From Octopus vulgaris (lineage: Eukaryota): DNA of 64,000 nucleotides. Position numbers and translations under genes: made by a program. Under the pieces are notes generated by a model. It saw nothing but the letters and a program-made list of their open reading frames with translations. It did not search any database and had not been told where the DNA came from. Positions 23,166-34,432 of the stretch are shown here, one piece after another. Every line of letters starts with the position of its first letter. The first letter of the stretch is position 1. The stretch is taken from the NCBI GenBank assembly GCA_951406725.2, contig OX597815.1:10044001-10108000 (forward strand), given 5' to 3'.

Positions 23166-23228
23166 TAGTCCGTGTGAACATTTCCCAGGGAGCATCACTG
23201 CATTATTTCGGCGCACATGCAGAAACTC
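23166..23228 (-). CDS. Candidate FNIP cassette exon (63 nt, phase 0 to 0)
   Basis: atctttttctag|exon|gtaagt with open frame EFLHVRRNNAVMLPGKCSHGL. It fits between the phase-0 ends at 37290 and 10218. There is only a weak GKC resemblance to the vertebrate linker and no transcript evidence. Confidence 0.5.
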
Positions 23229-23571
23229 CTAGAAAAAGATAGTTTATAAAGAAGTGATAAAGACAGGTTTACATGCACCCATGCACCCACACATATATAT
23301 TTTATGTACACTCACATTACACATGTATAATATTTACACAAAAAACAAACAAAAAACATAACAAAGGAAACATTTATTTGCATGGTCTTTTCTTCATGAA
23401 TGAATGAATGAAAAAAAAAAGAAAAAGAAACATACATGTGTAAACTGATAAATATATAATACAATTTATTAATTAGCATTTTGCAATCAACAGTTTCATA
23501 TATAATTTTTTAAAAGTCTACCAAAACTGAAATAATTTAGAGATGCCATCAACGTGGAAAACAAGTGGTAA

Positions 23572-23890
23572 GTTAGTTAGTTAGTTAGTTAGTTAATTTT
23601 TTGGCTCAAAAAGCAAAAAGCAAGGCCATGTAGGGGGGACATGGAGTTATGTACGGGGTGGTGTTCATGTAAAGAGTTCAGGCCACTTGAGGTCAAGGGA
23701 GACTTTGAACCGAGCGGTCGTCGGCATCTTCACCATCTCGTCTGGCAGCTTATTCCATGGATCCGCAACCCGGACGGAGAAAGCCCCTCTCCTTCGATTG
23801 AGATGAAATCGTCGCAGATAGAGCTTTTCGGAATGACCCCGCAGCCGACGCTCTGGAGCAGGAGTGAAGAACAGCTCTTTCGAGAGGTTA
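23572..23890 (-). mobile_element. CR1-clade LINE 3' end with a (TAAC)n tail
   Basis: NLSKELFFTPAPERRLRGHSEKLYLRRFHLNRRRGAFSVRVADPWNKLP; (GTTA)n on the plus strand. Confidence 0.9.
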
Positions 23891-24269
23891 GTGTTGACAT
23901 ATTTTAATGCATAAAGCATTAAATATATAATTAGAAATAAATAAAGTGACAAGAAAATAGTTAAAATCATTCAATGATAATATTTTCTTTCTTTCAGTAA
24001 TTATGATGAATAACTGTATAATTCAATCTTAATTTAAGCTAATTAGCAAAGCCTAGCCTTTCCATACAAGTTATACATTGTTAACATAGTAAACAAATGT
24101 ATTTCATTATAACAACAAACAAAAGTTTTGTACATTTACTCAAGGTTTCATTCATCACTAATTTGGCGAGTACAGGACGACTACACTTAGCTAAAGAGGT
24201 TCAAATAAGACTGAAACAATGTCTAAAATTATCTCCCCATTCGGCAGGAAAATGAAAATAATATTCGTT

Positions 24270-24480
24270 TCTACTCTAGGCACAAGGCCAGAAATTTTGG
24301 GAGAGTGGGGTCAGTCGATTAGATTGACCCTAGGATGCAACTGGTACTTAATTTATCAACCCCAAAAGGATGAAAGGCAAGGTCGACCTCAGCGGAATTT
24401 GAATTCAGAATGTAAAGACAGATGAAATACCGCTAAGCATTTCGCCCAGCATGCTAACGTTTCTGCCAGCTTGCCGCCTT
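24270..24480 (-). mobile_element. SINE family B-related copy (older subfamily; another at about 24570-24780)
   Basis: CTGGTACTTAATTTATC..CCC..AAGGATGAAAGGCAA.GTCGACCTC core and head. Confidence 0.8.
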
Positions 24481-24863
24481 AAATGAAAATAATATTAGCG
24501 ATTTATATATTTTTCCTCATCCCGTATTTCAAGAATGATTGTGCGATATTACACATGTTAAATATATTGGTTTCAAATTTTAGCACAAGGCCAGCAACAT
24601 CTGGAGAGTGGGTAAGTCAATTACATTGACTGGTACTCAACTGGTACTTATTTTATCCACTCGTGAAAGGATGAAAGATAAAGTTGATCTCAGTGGAATT
24701 TAAACTCACAACATAAAGATGGACAAAATGCCACAATGCATTTTATCCAGTCTACTTACAATTCGGCCAGCTTGGTGCCTTACACATGTTAAATATATTA
24801 ACACTAATTTAACTACCTGTCTCTATCACCACATATACATTTCTAGTTAGATTATTTGGTCAA

Positions 24864-25290
24864 CATCATCATCATCATCATCGTTTAACGTCCACCTTCC
24901 ATGCTAGCATGGGTTGGACGAATGACTGAGGGCTGGCGAACCAGATGGCTGCACTAGGCTCCAGTCTTGATCTGGCAGAGTTTCTACAGCTGGATGCCCT
25001 TCCTAACGCCAACCACTCCGAGAGTGTAGTGGGTGCTTTTTACGTGCCACCGGCGCGGGAGCCAGTCAGGCGGTACTAGCAATGACCTCGCTCGAATCCT
25101 TTACACATGCCACTGACACGGGTGCCAGTGAAGCGACGTTGGTAACGATCACGCTCGAATGGTGTCTTTTACGTGCCACCAGCACGGAGTCCAGATAGCC
25201 GCTCTGGCAATGATCATGCTTGGATGGTGCTCCTAATACCCTACTAGCACGGGGCTTGAGTGCCAGAAAGGCAATGCTGGTAACGATCAT
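24864..25290 (-). mobile_element. Family C repeat with hairpin-unit array
   Basis: (CAT)n tail, core, three TTTTAC..GTGCCAC units. Confidence 0.88.
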
Positions 25291-25305
25291 CTATGTATTA
25301 AATAT

Positions 25306-25581
25306 CACGTGACCGACCAGACCATCAGATGTTGTTACACATTGCTGGTCACAATGCGTTCGCATTGTTTTAGCTGGCTAAGCGAACATTCCAACAGAAG
25401 AAAGAGTGGGAGAAAGAGTGGTGAAAGAGTACAGCAGGGATCACCACCCCCTGCCGGAGCCTCGTGGAGCTCTTAGGTGTTTTCGCTCAATAAACACAAA
25501 CGACACCCGGTCTGGGAATCGAAACTGCAATCCTACGACCGCGAGTCCGCTGCCCTAACCACTAGGCCATTGCGCCTCCAC
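25306..25581 (-). mobile_element. SINE family D (tRNA-derived head)
   Basis: Head GGAGGCGCAATGGCCTAGTGGTTAGGG...TTCGATTCCC (A and B boxes); 11-bp TSD GTATTAAATAT. Confidence 0.88.
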
Positions 25582-26114
25582 GTATTAAATATGTAATCAC
25601 TAAATCATCAAAATCGGAACCCTGATCTTTCATTACTAACAAATGCATGTTGCAACGACCACATACAAAATAGAATTAGTCTGATCCTTTTACCTGTGTA
25701 AATAAAATCTATTGCAGCTTTGTTACTCCTATTTCCTGTTTGTCTACAGAAAGTAATAAGTGGAGGGGACACCACCAAAAGAAAAGCCATTAGAAAACCG
25801 ATTATAGCAGCGACCCCATCTAAGAATATCTGAAGAAGGAATATTATTCCTAAATATCATATCAGACTATGAATGACTAAATTACAACGGGTATATAGCC
25901 CATTTTCTGTATTATAGTGCATTGTTGTACCATTCAAAACTTTTTGTTCTTTACAAACAATACACGATGGTTCAAACGAACTACAATACTCTCCTTATAT
26001 TCTTAATTCACCCTGCGTATTGTGCCAGCAATCCAATACTTTACCTCACAAATTATACCCACAATCCCATACTAATCTATCTGACATAATCTGACCTTCT
26101 ATAAAGCTGCAATA

Positions 26115-26337
26115 TATAATAATAATAATAATAATAATGAAATTATTGTATACAGTGCTGAGGTGCACCACAACTTGTCAAAAGTGTGTATAAAGCATAT
26201 GCAGTAATGTACAAATGTCTGGAAAGTGAACAGTGTATGAGTCAGATACATGCTTGCGTGTGTGTGTGTGTATGGAGGGAAGAGAAAATCAGGTGTAGTG
26301 TTGGCGAATCTCAGGAAGCATGGAAGTTTTGAAGGAT
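26115..26337 (-). mobile_element. (ATT)n-tailed retroelement 3' end, LINE UTR-like (second copy at 46088-46290, plus)
   Basis: Two near-identical copies, both ending TGTATACAATAATTTCATTAT(T/C)ATTATT. Confidence 0.75.
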
Positions 26338-26471
26338 ATAAAACATCTTTCAAGTTTACTGGTCAAAAACACCCACAACTGTTTGTATATTTGTTAATGT
26401 CATCTAAATACTGAGAAAAGAGCTACAGTGTTTAGAATCTTACATAGTTAGTATTAATTGATGTTATTTAA

Positions 26472-26951
26472 CCCTTTCGTTACCGGCCCAGCCAAAACCG
26501 GCTCTGGCTCTGTAGTACAAATGTCTTGTTTTCATAAGCTTTGCATTAAAATATACCTATTTCTTTATTACCCACAAGGGGCTAAACACAGAGGGGACAA
26601 ACAAGGACAGACATAGGTATTAAGTCGATTACATCGACCCCAGTGCGTAACTGGTACTTAATTTATCGACCCCGAAAGCATGAAAGGCAAAGTCGACCTC
26701 GGCGGAATTTGAACTCACAACATAACGCAGACGAAATACCGCTAAGCATTTCGCCCGGTGTGCTAACGTTTCTGCCAGATCGCTGCCTTATACTATAATT
26801 TGCATTAAAATATACCACCAAACCTTAGTCACAATTTATGTTCCTAACACTAACTGAATGATAACTAAGTCATTTTACTAAATTCTTTGTTATATTTAAA
26901 ATAATTGAAAGAAACACAGAGCATCTCAAAATAAATACAGTAACGAAAGGG
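26472..26951. mobile_element. piggyBac-like MITE with a nested SINE B (about 26556-26790, minus)
   Basis: TTAA TSD and perfect 12-bp TIR CCCTTTCGTTAC/GTAACGAAAGGG; the SINE is flanked by an 18-bp TSD TTTGCATTAAAATATACC (26540-26557, 26799-26816). Confidence 0.92.
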
Positions 26952-29124
26952 TTAAATATTGTTAATGGCAGAATTATTGTATAGAAGAGAATGTAGAGGA
27001 TTTTTGTGTACAGTAATGGTCAGAAATATGTAGGCCTCTGAAGTGCTCTTTGTGAGTCTAGGAACTTTTCTAAAGACAAAATCTTCAAATTTCATGAATT
27101 TGTGGGCTGTCGATAACTTTTAGACAGTGTTTTGCAGCACAATTTGTTTAACATTTGTTTACAATAAGCATTACCAGTGGTGGATATGAGGGCATATTCT
27201 TATCATCGCTCATCATCGTTTTAACGTCTGCTTTCCATGCTAGCATGGGTTGGACGATTTTGACTGAGGGCTGGCGAACCAGATGGCTGCACCAGGCTCC
27301 AATCTTGATCTGGCAGAGTTTCTACAGCTTGATGCCCTTCCTAACGCCAACCACTCCGAGAGTGTAGCGGGTGCTTTTTACGTGTATGATATTTAGATGT
27401 GAGCCACACACTAAAGTAAAAAGCCAAAAGTAAACCATTAATAAAAAAGTTGCTGTAGAATAAATATTACATCGGTCTTATTGGTTGGTGTCATTTAAAT
27501 ATTGATAGTGTGGGGGCGTTAGAGACAAAGATGAAGAAGATTAGTGTATATAGAATACAATGTAGCTCTTATTGGTTGATACAGTATTATGGTTTGGTCT
27601 TCTTGTTGTTTACATATTACAATCCAGAATAATTCCATATTTGATTATATTGACATAATATTCATTGCTAGGTGTCTCTCTCACTCTATCAATCTCTTAC
27701 ACACACACACACACATACGCAGAGTTTTAAGTGGCTAGTTAGTGAACTGGCAGTAATTCATGGTTTAATGTCGAGTTGAAAATGTTCATGTGTAAAAATA
27801 AATATATAAAAATTTATAAAACTCAATGAAAAAAAAAACTGAAAAAAAACGGAGGAGTCAGAAAAATTCCAGAAATTGGTTTGCTGAACTAGAAATTTGT
27901 GATAAATGTCTAAAATAGTTGTAATGTTGTTTGGTAATGTATCTGTAGTGTCGCTGGACAGGAAATGATGTCTGCTAGAATGATACACACTTGAGAGTCA
28001 GCAGTTAGTTTCCTATGACACACACACACACTCACACATTTCCTAATCTGGTATAAACTAAAAGCACTCTTGTAGAATATAACTCATGCACTTGTATACT
28101 AAACATCATGACCTTATATACTGACATCATGACCATTCACACTCTAACCCACCCCACACGGCCACACTGTCTACCAAACTGATTGGCTGCAGCCACAATT
28201 GGCAGATCAATTTCACAAAAAAAAAAACACATTTGCGAAAGTAGTAGATTGTATTCACAAAGTGGGGCAAAACGGGAATTTTTGTAGAAAACTAAAAATT
28301 ACATAATGATTACCTGAAGGTCAATTTTGAAATTACAAGCTGTCCCGATTAAACACACGGTAGTAACAGCATGTCCGAAAAGCAGCCCAATCTGGTAACC
28401 CATAACTGTGCCACCTTGCTAGACCCCAAACTGATCACTTTATCAGACATTAAAACTATAATGAAGAACCTGTATTTTAGCCCCCACCTCTCTCCCTCTC
28501 TCTCTCATACATAAATACAAAATAGATATTCAAAGCTGAGTCCAAGAATTACAACCCTGAGTTTCACATGTTCAGGTGCAAAAAAGGATCACAAATGAAA
28601 AACACTAAGTAACAACTTACACTTTCAACTTTGAATATTCAATCATCATCATCATCCTCATCATCGTTTAACGGGTTGGGCAGTTCGACTGGGGTCTGGG
28701 AAGCCAGGAGGCTGCACCAGGCTCCAGTCTGATCTGGCAGTGTTTCTACAGCTGAAATGCCCTTCCTAATGCCAACCACTCCAAGAGTGTAGTGGGTGCT
28801 TTTTACGTGCCACCATCACAGGTGCCAGGGGAGGCTGGCAGCATCCATGATCGGTTGGAGCTTTTTACGTGCCACCGGCACAGAAGCCAGTCAAGACGGG
28901 AATATTCAGTTTTAAATATTATTCCACTTCACCTAACAGTATTGAGTACTTTCTTCCCCTTTTTTGCAACCAAAATCGACTTTTTCTGTCTGTCTGTCTG
29001 CATCACAGTTGTATTTGTTTGACAATCTAACTTGAAATTATATGTTGAAAGCATGAAAGTAGTATTCATACATCTTGAGAAGAGACCCATTAGCCATTTC
29101 AAAACACAAATATATCGTTATATA

Positions 29125-29432
29125 TCATCATCATCATCATCGTTTAACGTCCGTTCTCCATGCTAGCATGGGTTGGATGGTGCAACTGGGGTCTGGGAAG
29201 CCAGAAGGCTGCACCAGGCTCCAGTCTAATCTGGCAATGTTTCTACAGCTGGATGCCCTTCCTAATGCCAACCACTCCGTGAGTGTAGTGGGTGCTTTTT
29301 ACGTGCCACCTGCACAGGTGCCAGGCGAGGCTGGCAACAGCCACGGTCAGATTGGTGTATTTTATGTGCCACCGGCACGGAAGCCAGTCGAGGCGGTGCT
29401 GGCATCGGCCACGAGTCGGATAGTGCTTTTTT
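29125..29432 (-). mobile_element. Family C repeat (further minus copies at 27212, 28642, 30163, 31106, 35205, 39411, 47760, 50470, 59434)
   Basis: Shared tail, core and hairpin units. Confidence 0.88.
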
Positions 29433-32030
29433 ATATCACTTTTACTTATTTTTTTGTAATTCAATTAATTAAAACAATTTCATCGGACATTCAGAATCAC
29501 ATCACTGACACTAATTAAACTGTGCGTGCATATGCACTCCCCTCTCTCTCACTCAAACACACCTGTAGTCATCATCATCATCATCACCATTGTCATTTAA
29601 CTCTCCAATTCATGCCAGTGCTGGCATGGATTGGACAGTTCAACAAGACCCAATGAGCCAAAGGACTGCATATAGTACCAAATGTCTGCTGGATGCGCTT
29701 CCTAATGCTTTTTTCATGGTAGCAGCACTAATAAGGTCACCAAGTAACTGCAAATAAAACCCTTTGACAGAGTTGGGGGGCAGTATTGAGGTGGGTGGTG
29801 GCTTTGAGCCAGGTGTTGAGAGACACCTGTATTTCGGTTTGCAACCATAATATGCCATCATTATTATCATAATTTAACGTCCGTTGTCCATGCTGGCATG
29901 GGTTAGACGGTTTGACCCGAACTGGCAAGCTGGGGAGCTGCTCCAGACTGCAGCTTGATTTGGCATGGTTTCTTACGGTTGGATGCCCTTCCCAACACCA
30001 ATCACTTCACAGAGTATGCTGGATGCTTTTATGTTATCCCTGTAGATTTCCTATGGAATTTAGTGTCAGCACCGACAGTTATGGCCGTTTTATATATGAA
30101 TACATCCATGTCAACAATGAAATCAAAGATAGAAAATCTATAGAAGCAACTTAAATGATATTCATCATCATCATCATCATTTAACGTCTGCTTTCCATGC
30201 TAGCATGGGTTGGACGATTTGACTGAGGTCTGGCGAACCAGACTCCAATCTTGATCTGGCAGAGTTTCTACAGCTGGATGCCCTTCCTAATGCCAACCAC
30301 TCCGAGAGTGTAGTGGGTGCTTTTACGTGCCACTGGCACAAGGGCCAGTCATGTGGTACTGGCAACGGCCATGCTCAAATGGTGCTTTTTATGTGCCACC
30401 TACACATGAGCCAGTCCAGCGGCACTGGCAACGATCTCGCTCAGTAGACACAAATACATCTGAGAAGTTAAGAAGTTCACTTTACAACAATAAGGTTTTA
30501 GGTTCAGTTCTACTGTACAGTACCTTGGGGCGAGTGTCTTCTACAACTGTCATGGACTGACCAATGCCTTACAAATGAGATTCGCAGACAGAAACTATAT
30601 GTATTTAAGTGTATAACTGCATATGTGTGAGCATGAAAATTGTGAAAGTTGTCATTTTCACTTCTAGGCAGGAGATCTCTGATTGCAAAAAAAAAAAAAA
30701 AAAAGTTGTGTTTACATTCCTGGTGAACATCATATCCTGTAGCTCTGCATTCTTGAAGCAGCGGAATAAAAACACCCTTGCTTATAAAACAGTATAGAGT
30801 TAGCAGCAGGAAGAATATTCGACTATAAAAAATACTTCCTCAAATAAGTACCTGTCCAACCTATAATGGTATAGAAGAATTTGAAATGTAAAAACAGATG
30901 CAAAACACAGAAAGACATGTGAATGATGTGACACATCTGTAGTCACAACAGCCGTAACAGCACTTGTGGGAGATGCTGTTAACAGAGGTGATGATGATGA
31001 TGATGATACAAAGAGCAGAATGTTTAGTGGGGTTTTATATCATCATACAATGTTCGATTTTCCATTTCTGCATGGGTCAAACTATACACACATATGTATG
31101 TGTATATCATCATCATCATCATCATCATTTAACGTCCGCTTTCCATGCTAGCATGGGTTGGACGATTTGACTGAGGACTGGTGAACCAGACTCCAATCTG
31201 ATCTGGCAGAGTTTCTACAGCTGGATGCCCTTCCTAACGCCAACCACTCTGAGAGTGTAGTGAGTGCTTTTACATGTCACTGGCACGAGGGCCAGTTTGG
31301 TGGTACTGGCAACGGCCACGCCCAAATGGTGCTTTTTACGTGCCACCTGCACAGGAGCCAGTCCAGCAGCACTGGCGACGACCTCAAATATAAAATCATT
31401 TTCTTTGGTGGATTTTTTTCTTCCAGTGTAAAAATGGGTGCCTCATAAAAAGCACCCAGTGCAGTCAGTAAAGTGTTTGGCATTAGGAAAGGTACCCAAC
31501 AGTAGAAACCATGCCAGAGCAGACAGTAGAGGTTGATAAAGTTCTCTGGCCCACCACCAGCTCCTATGCCAGCATGGAACACAAACATTAAATGATGATG
31601 ATGATGATGACAAAAACCATGTCTCAAACGACTGATGGAGACTGCATCATCTAAGAGAAATAATTTGGAACACAGAAAACATTCAAGTATCTTGAGAAGT
31701 GCAGAAACCAATTATTCAATTGGACTTTCATTAGCACTTCCTGTCTTCAGACGGCACACGCAACCCAGATACACACATTTCAGGCACTTACACATTTGAT
31801 CAGGTTTTTTGTTTGTTTTTAAGGACAATCCATTTCATTGACAAACCTACAAGGCTTCACTCAAAATACTTTCAAGTAGTTTCTATATCTTTACTACCAG
31901 TACTACAACACTTTGCAAACAAGCTGATTGAATACCAGCTTCTACTTAAAACTACTCCATGTTTTCATCTAAATAAAAACAACTATAAAACAATCTATAC
32001 TGAACACCAACTATTGCCTTTACATAGTTA

Positions 32031-32426
32031 CTAGCAGTATTCGCCTGGCGTTGCTCAGGTTTGTTTCGACCCTTTAGAATTGGAATTTTTGAAAAGTAAA
32101 CATTTTGCATTAAGTAGCTTGTTATTCTTTTTAAGTGAACATTTCCCTGGTTGAAATACACTGAAAAATGGCAACACAGCAGTCAAAAAATCGTAAAAAA
32201 TAGGGATTTTCATAGAAAAAAAGCACTTATTTGATGCAAATAATTTTTGGTGTTAACATGGTCCGATTTGAATTTTTCTTCTATGGAAAGAAGAGCAAGC
32301 CTTCTTCTGTAATACTCTCAATTTTGGTCAACTTGTGCCGCAGGGTCTCGGAGGAGATAGTGTTAGTCGAAGGCTACCAAACCTGCCACACACACACGGA
32401 CAACTTCAGTTTTATATATAGAGAGA
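32031..32426 (-). mobile_element. Non-autonomous Helitron (related truncated copy at about 36471-36960)
   Basis: On the minus strand A|TCTCTCTATATATAAAAC ... GAGCAACGCCAGGCG..TACTGCTAG|T. Confidence 0.82.
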
Positions 32427-32768
32427 TTACTATCAGCCAATCAAGAAAAGATGAAATGGTTAGAGCATGTGTCTCAAGATGGGGTGTCGCAATATCTTAG
32501 TGTAACATGAGTTACTTTAAAACCAGTAAATCAGTCGTAAGTAGGTTAACAAATCAATAAAAGTTGCAATAAAGTTTTAAATCTACTTTTGGATAGAAAT
32601 GCTTTGTATTAAGCTTTGTATGCTGATGGTGCTGGAGTGCATGTTTTGTTGGTTTGGTTTAAAATTGAAGAAGGGAGTGGGACAAAAACTGTTGAGAAAC
32701 AATGGGGTCACGTTTCTCAGACTGACAGGTAAAGATGAAAATCAAGAATATAATTCTGGGAAAAGACA

Positions 32769-33141
32769 TCTCTCTCTATATAAACGGCAGTTTGTCTGTC
32801 TGCGTGTCTGTGTGTCTGTTAGGTTGTACCCTCACCCTGACCACGGCTTTCAACCGATTCTGATGAAACTTGACACACACATAGCCCAATGTCATAATTC
32901 AAAACTAACGCAGCGAAAATTTTGAAAAGTTCCCCCAGTTCTGAAAAAAATTGATAAATTCGACATGGGGTCGAGAATCAGAAACACAAACCACAGACTG
33001 TCTAGGGGACGCAACTCGACCTTTTTAACTCTCAAAAAAAATTTACCATCATTTTTTTTCCATTTTTTGGCTATAACTCTCTAAAAATGCTGTATAGTTA
33101 TTTCCCTTACAAACCCGAGCAACGCCGGGCGATACTGCTAG
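32769..33141 (+). mobile_element. Non-autonomous Helitron
   Basis: A|TCTCTCTATATATAAAC ... CCCGAGCAACGCCGGGCGATACTGCTAG|T. Confidence 0.85.
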
Positions 33142-33185
33142 TGAATTGATAAATGTGTATGTGGTTGTGAATACAGAAGTTTGTT

Positions 33186-33216
<31 letters not shown>

Positions 33217-33990
33217 TTAACGTCTGCTTTCCATGCTGGCATGGGTTGGACGATTTGACAGGGGTCTGATGAACCAGATGGCTGCACCAGGCTACGATCT
33301 GATCTAGCAGAGTTTCTACAGCTGAAATGCCCTTCCTAATGCCAACCACTCCGAGAGTGTAGTGGGTGCTTTTTACGTGCCACCGGCTCGAGGGCCAGTC
33401 AGGCGGTACTGGCAACGGCCACGCTCAAATGGTGCTTTTCATGTGCTACCTGATGTGCCACCTGCACAGGAGCCAGTCCAGCAGCACTGGCAGCGACCTC
33501 GCTCGAATGTTTTTTCCACATGCCTCCAGCACTAGTGCCAGTAAGGCGACGCAGGTAACGATCATGCTCGAATGGTGCTCTTTACATGCCACCGGCATGG
33601 AAGCCAGTTTGTTGCTCTGGCAACGATCACGTTCGGATGGTGCTCCTAGCGCTACACTAGCATGGATGCCAGTCATCGGATTTGATTTCGATTTCGATTT
33701 CACTTGCCTCGACAGGTCTTTGCAAGCAGAGTTTAGTGTCCAATGAAAGAAAGGTACGCATTATATAAGTGGGCTGATTACACCCAAGGCATATGCCACG
33801 ATGTTATGGTCTAACTTGGCTTGCCGAGACTTCTCAAGCACAGCATATTTCCAAAAGTCTCGATCACTAGTCATTGCCTCGGTGAAGCCCAATGTTCGAA
33901 GGTCATGCTTCACCACCTCATCCCAGGTCTTCCTGGGTCTACCTCTTCCAGAGGTTCCCTCAACCACTAGAGTGTGGCACATTTTCACAA
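33186..33990 (-). mobile_element. RTE-clade LINE 3' end: ORF C-terminus plus long 3' UTR (family C sequence) with a (GAT)n tail
   Basis: VVEGTSGRGRPRKTWDEVVKHDLRTLGFTEAMTSDRDFWKYAV (RTE G.R.RGRP..TW...DR..W motif) runs in the same orientation into family C sequence. Confidence 0.85.
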
Positions 33991-34344
33991 TCAAGATAGT
34001 CATATGGTTGATGAAACAAATGACTTATCTACAGCCAGAATAACAATATAGAAGAACACCCCCACATTATAGAAGAGTTCCTTTCTATGAAGCTCACTTT
34101 CCCACTAACCTTTATGTAATAATTGAAATATGCTTCTAGAAAACTTTTTCTGGGGTAAAAAAAAAAAAAAAAAAGAAAAGTAGAATAACCAGTTTTATAA
34201 TCATAACAGGAGTCCCCATAGCAAAAGGAGTCTTTTAAAATGAATGTAACAATTATTGAAGCTTTGTCTAGATATATCTTTCTGAGTGGTATCATTCTCA
34301 AATATGTAAAAAAATTGGTAAAAGGTATGTTTGGGGATTATCAT

Positions 34345-34379
<35 letters not shown>

Positions 34380-34395
34380 CAGAGAGAGACAGACA

Positions 34396-34431
<36 letters not shown>

Positions 34432-34432
34432 A
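34345..34432. repeat. (GT)n(GA/GACA)n microsatellite
   Basis: Direct inspection. Confidence 0.95.

Noticed and set aside
28200-28410. Open phase-0 stretch before a GTAATC donor, or a possible DNA transposon end
   Set aside because: There is no pyrimidine-tract acceptor and no partner TIR or TSD, so neither call is supported.
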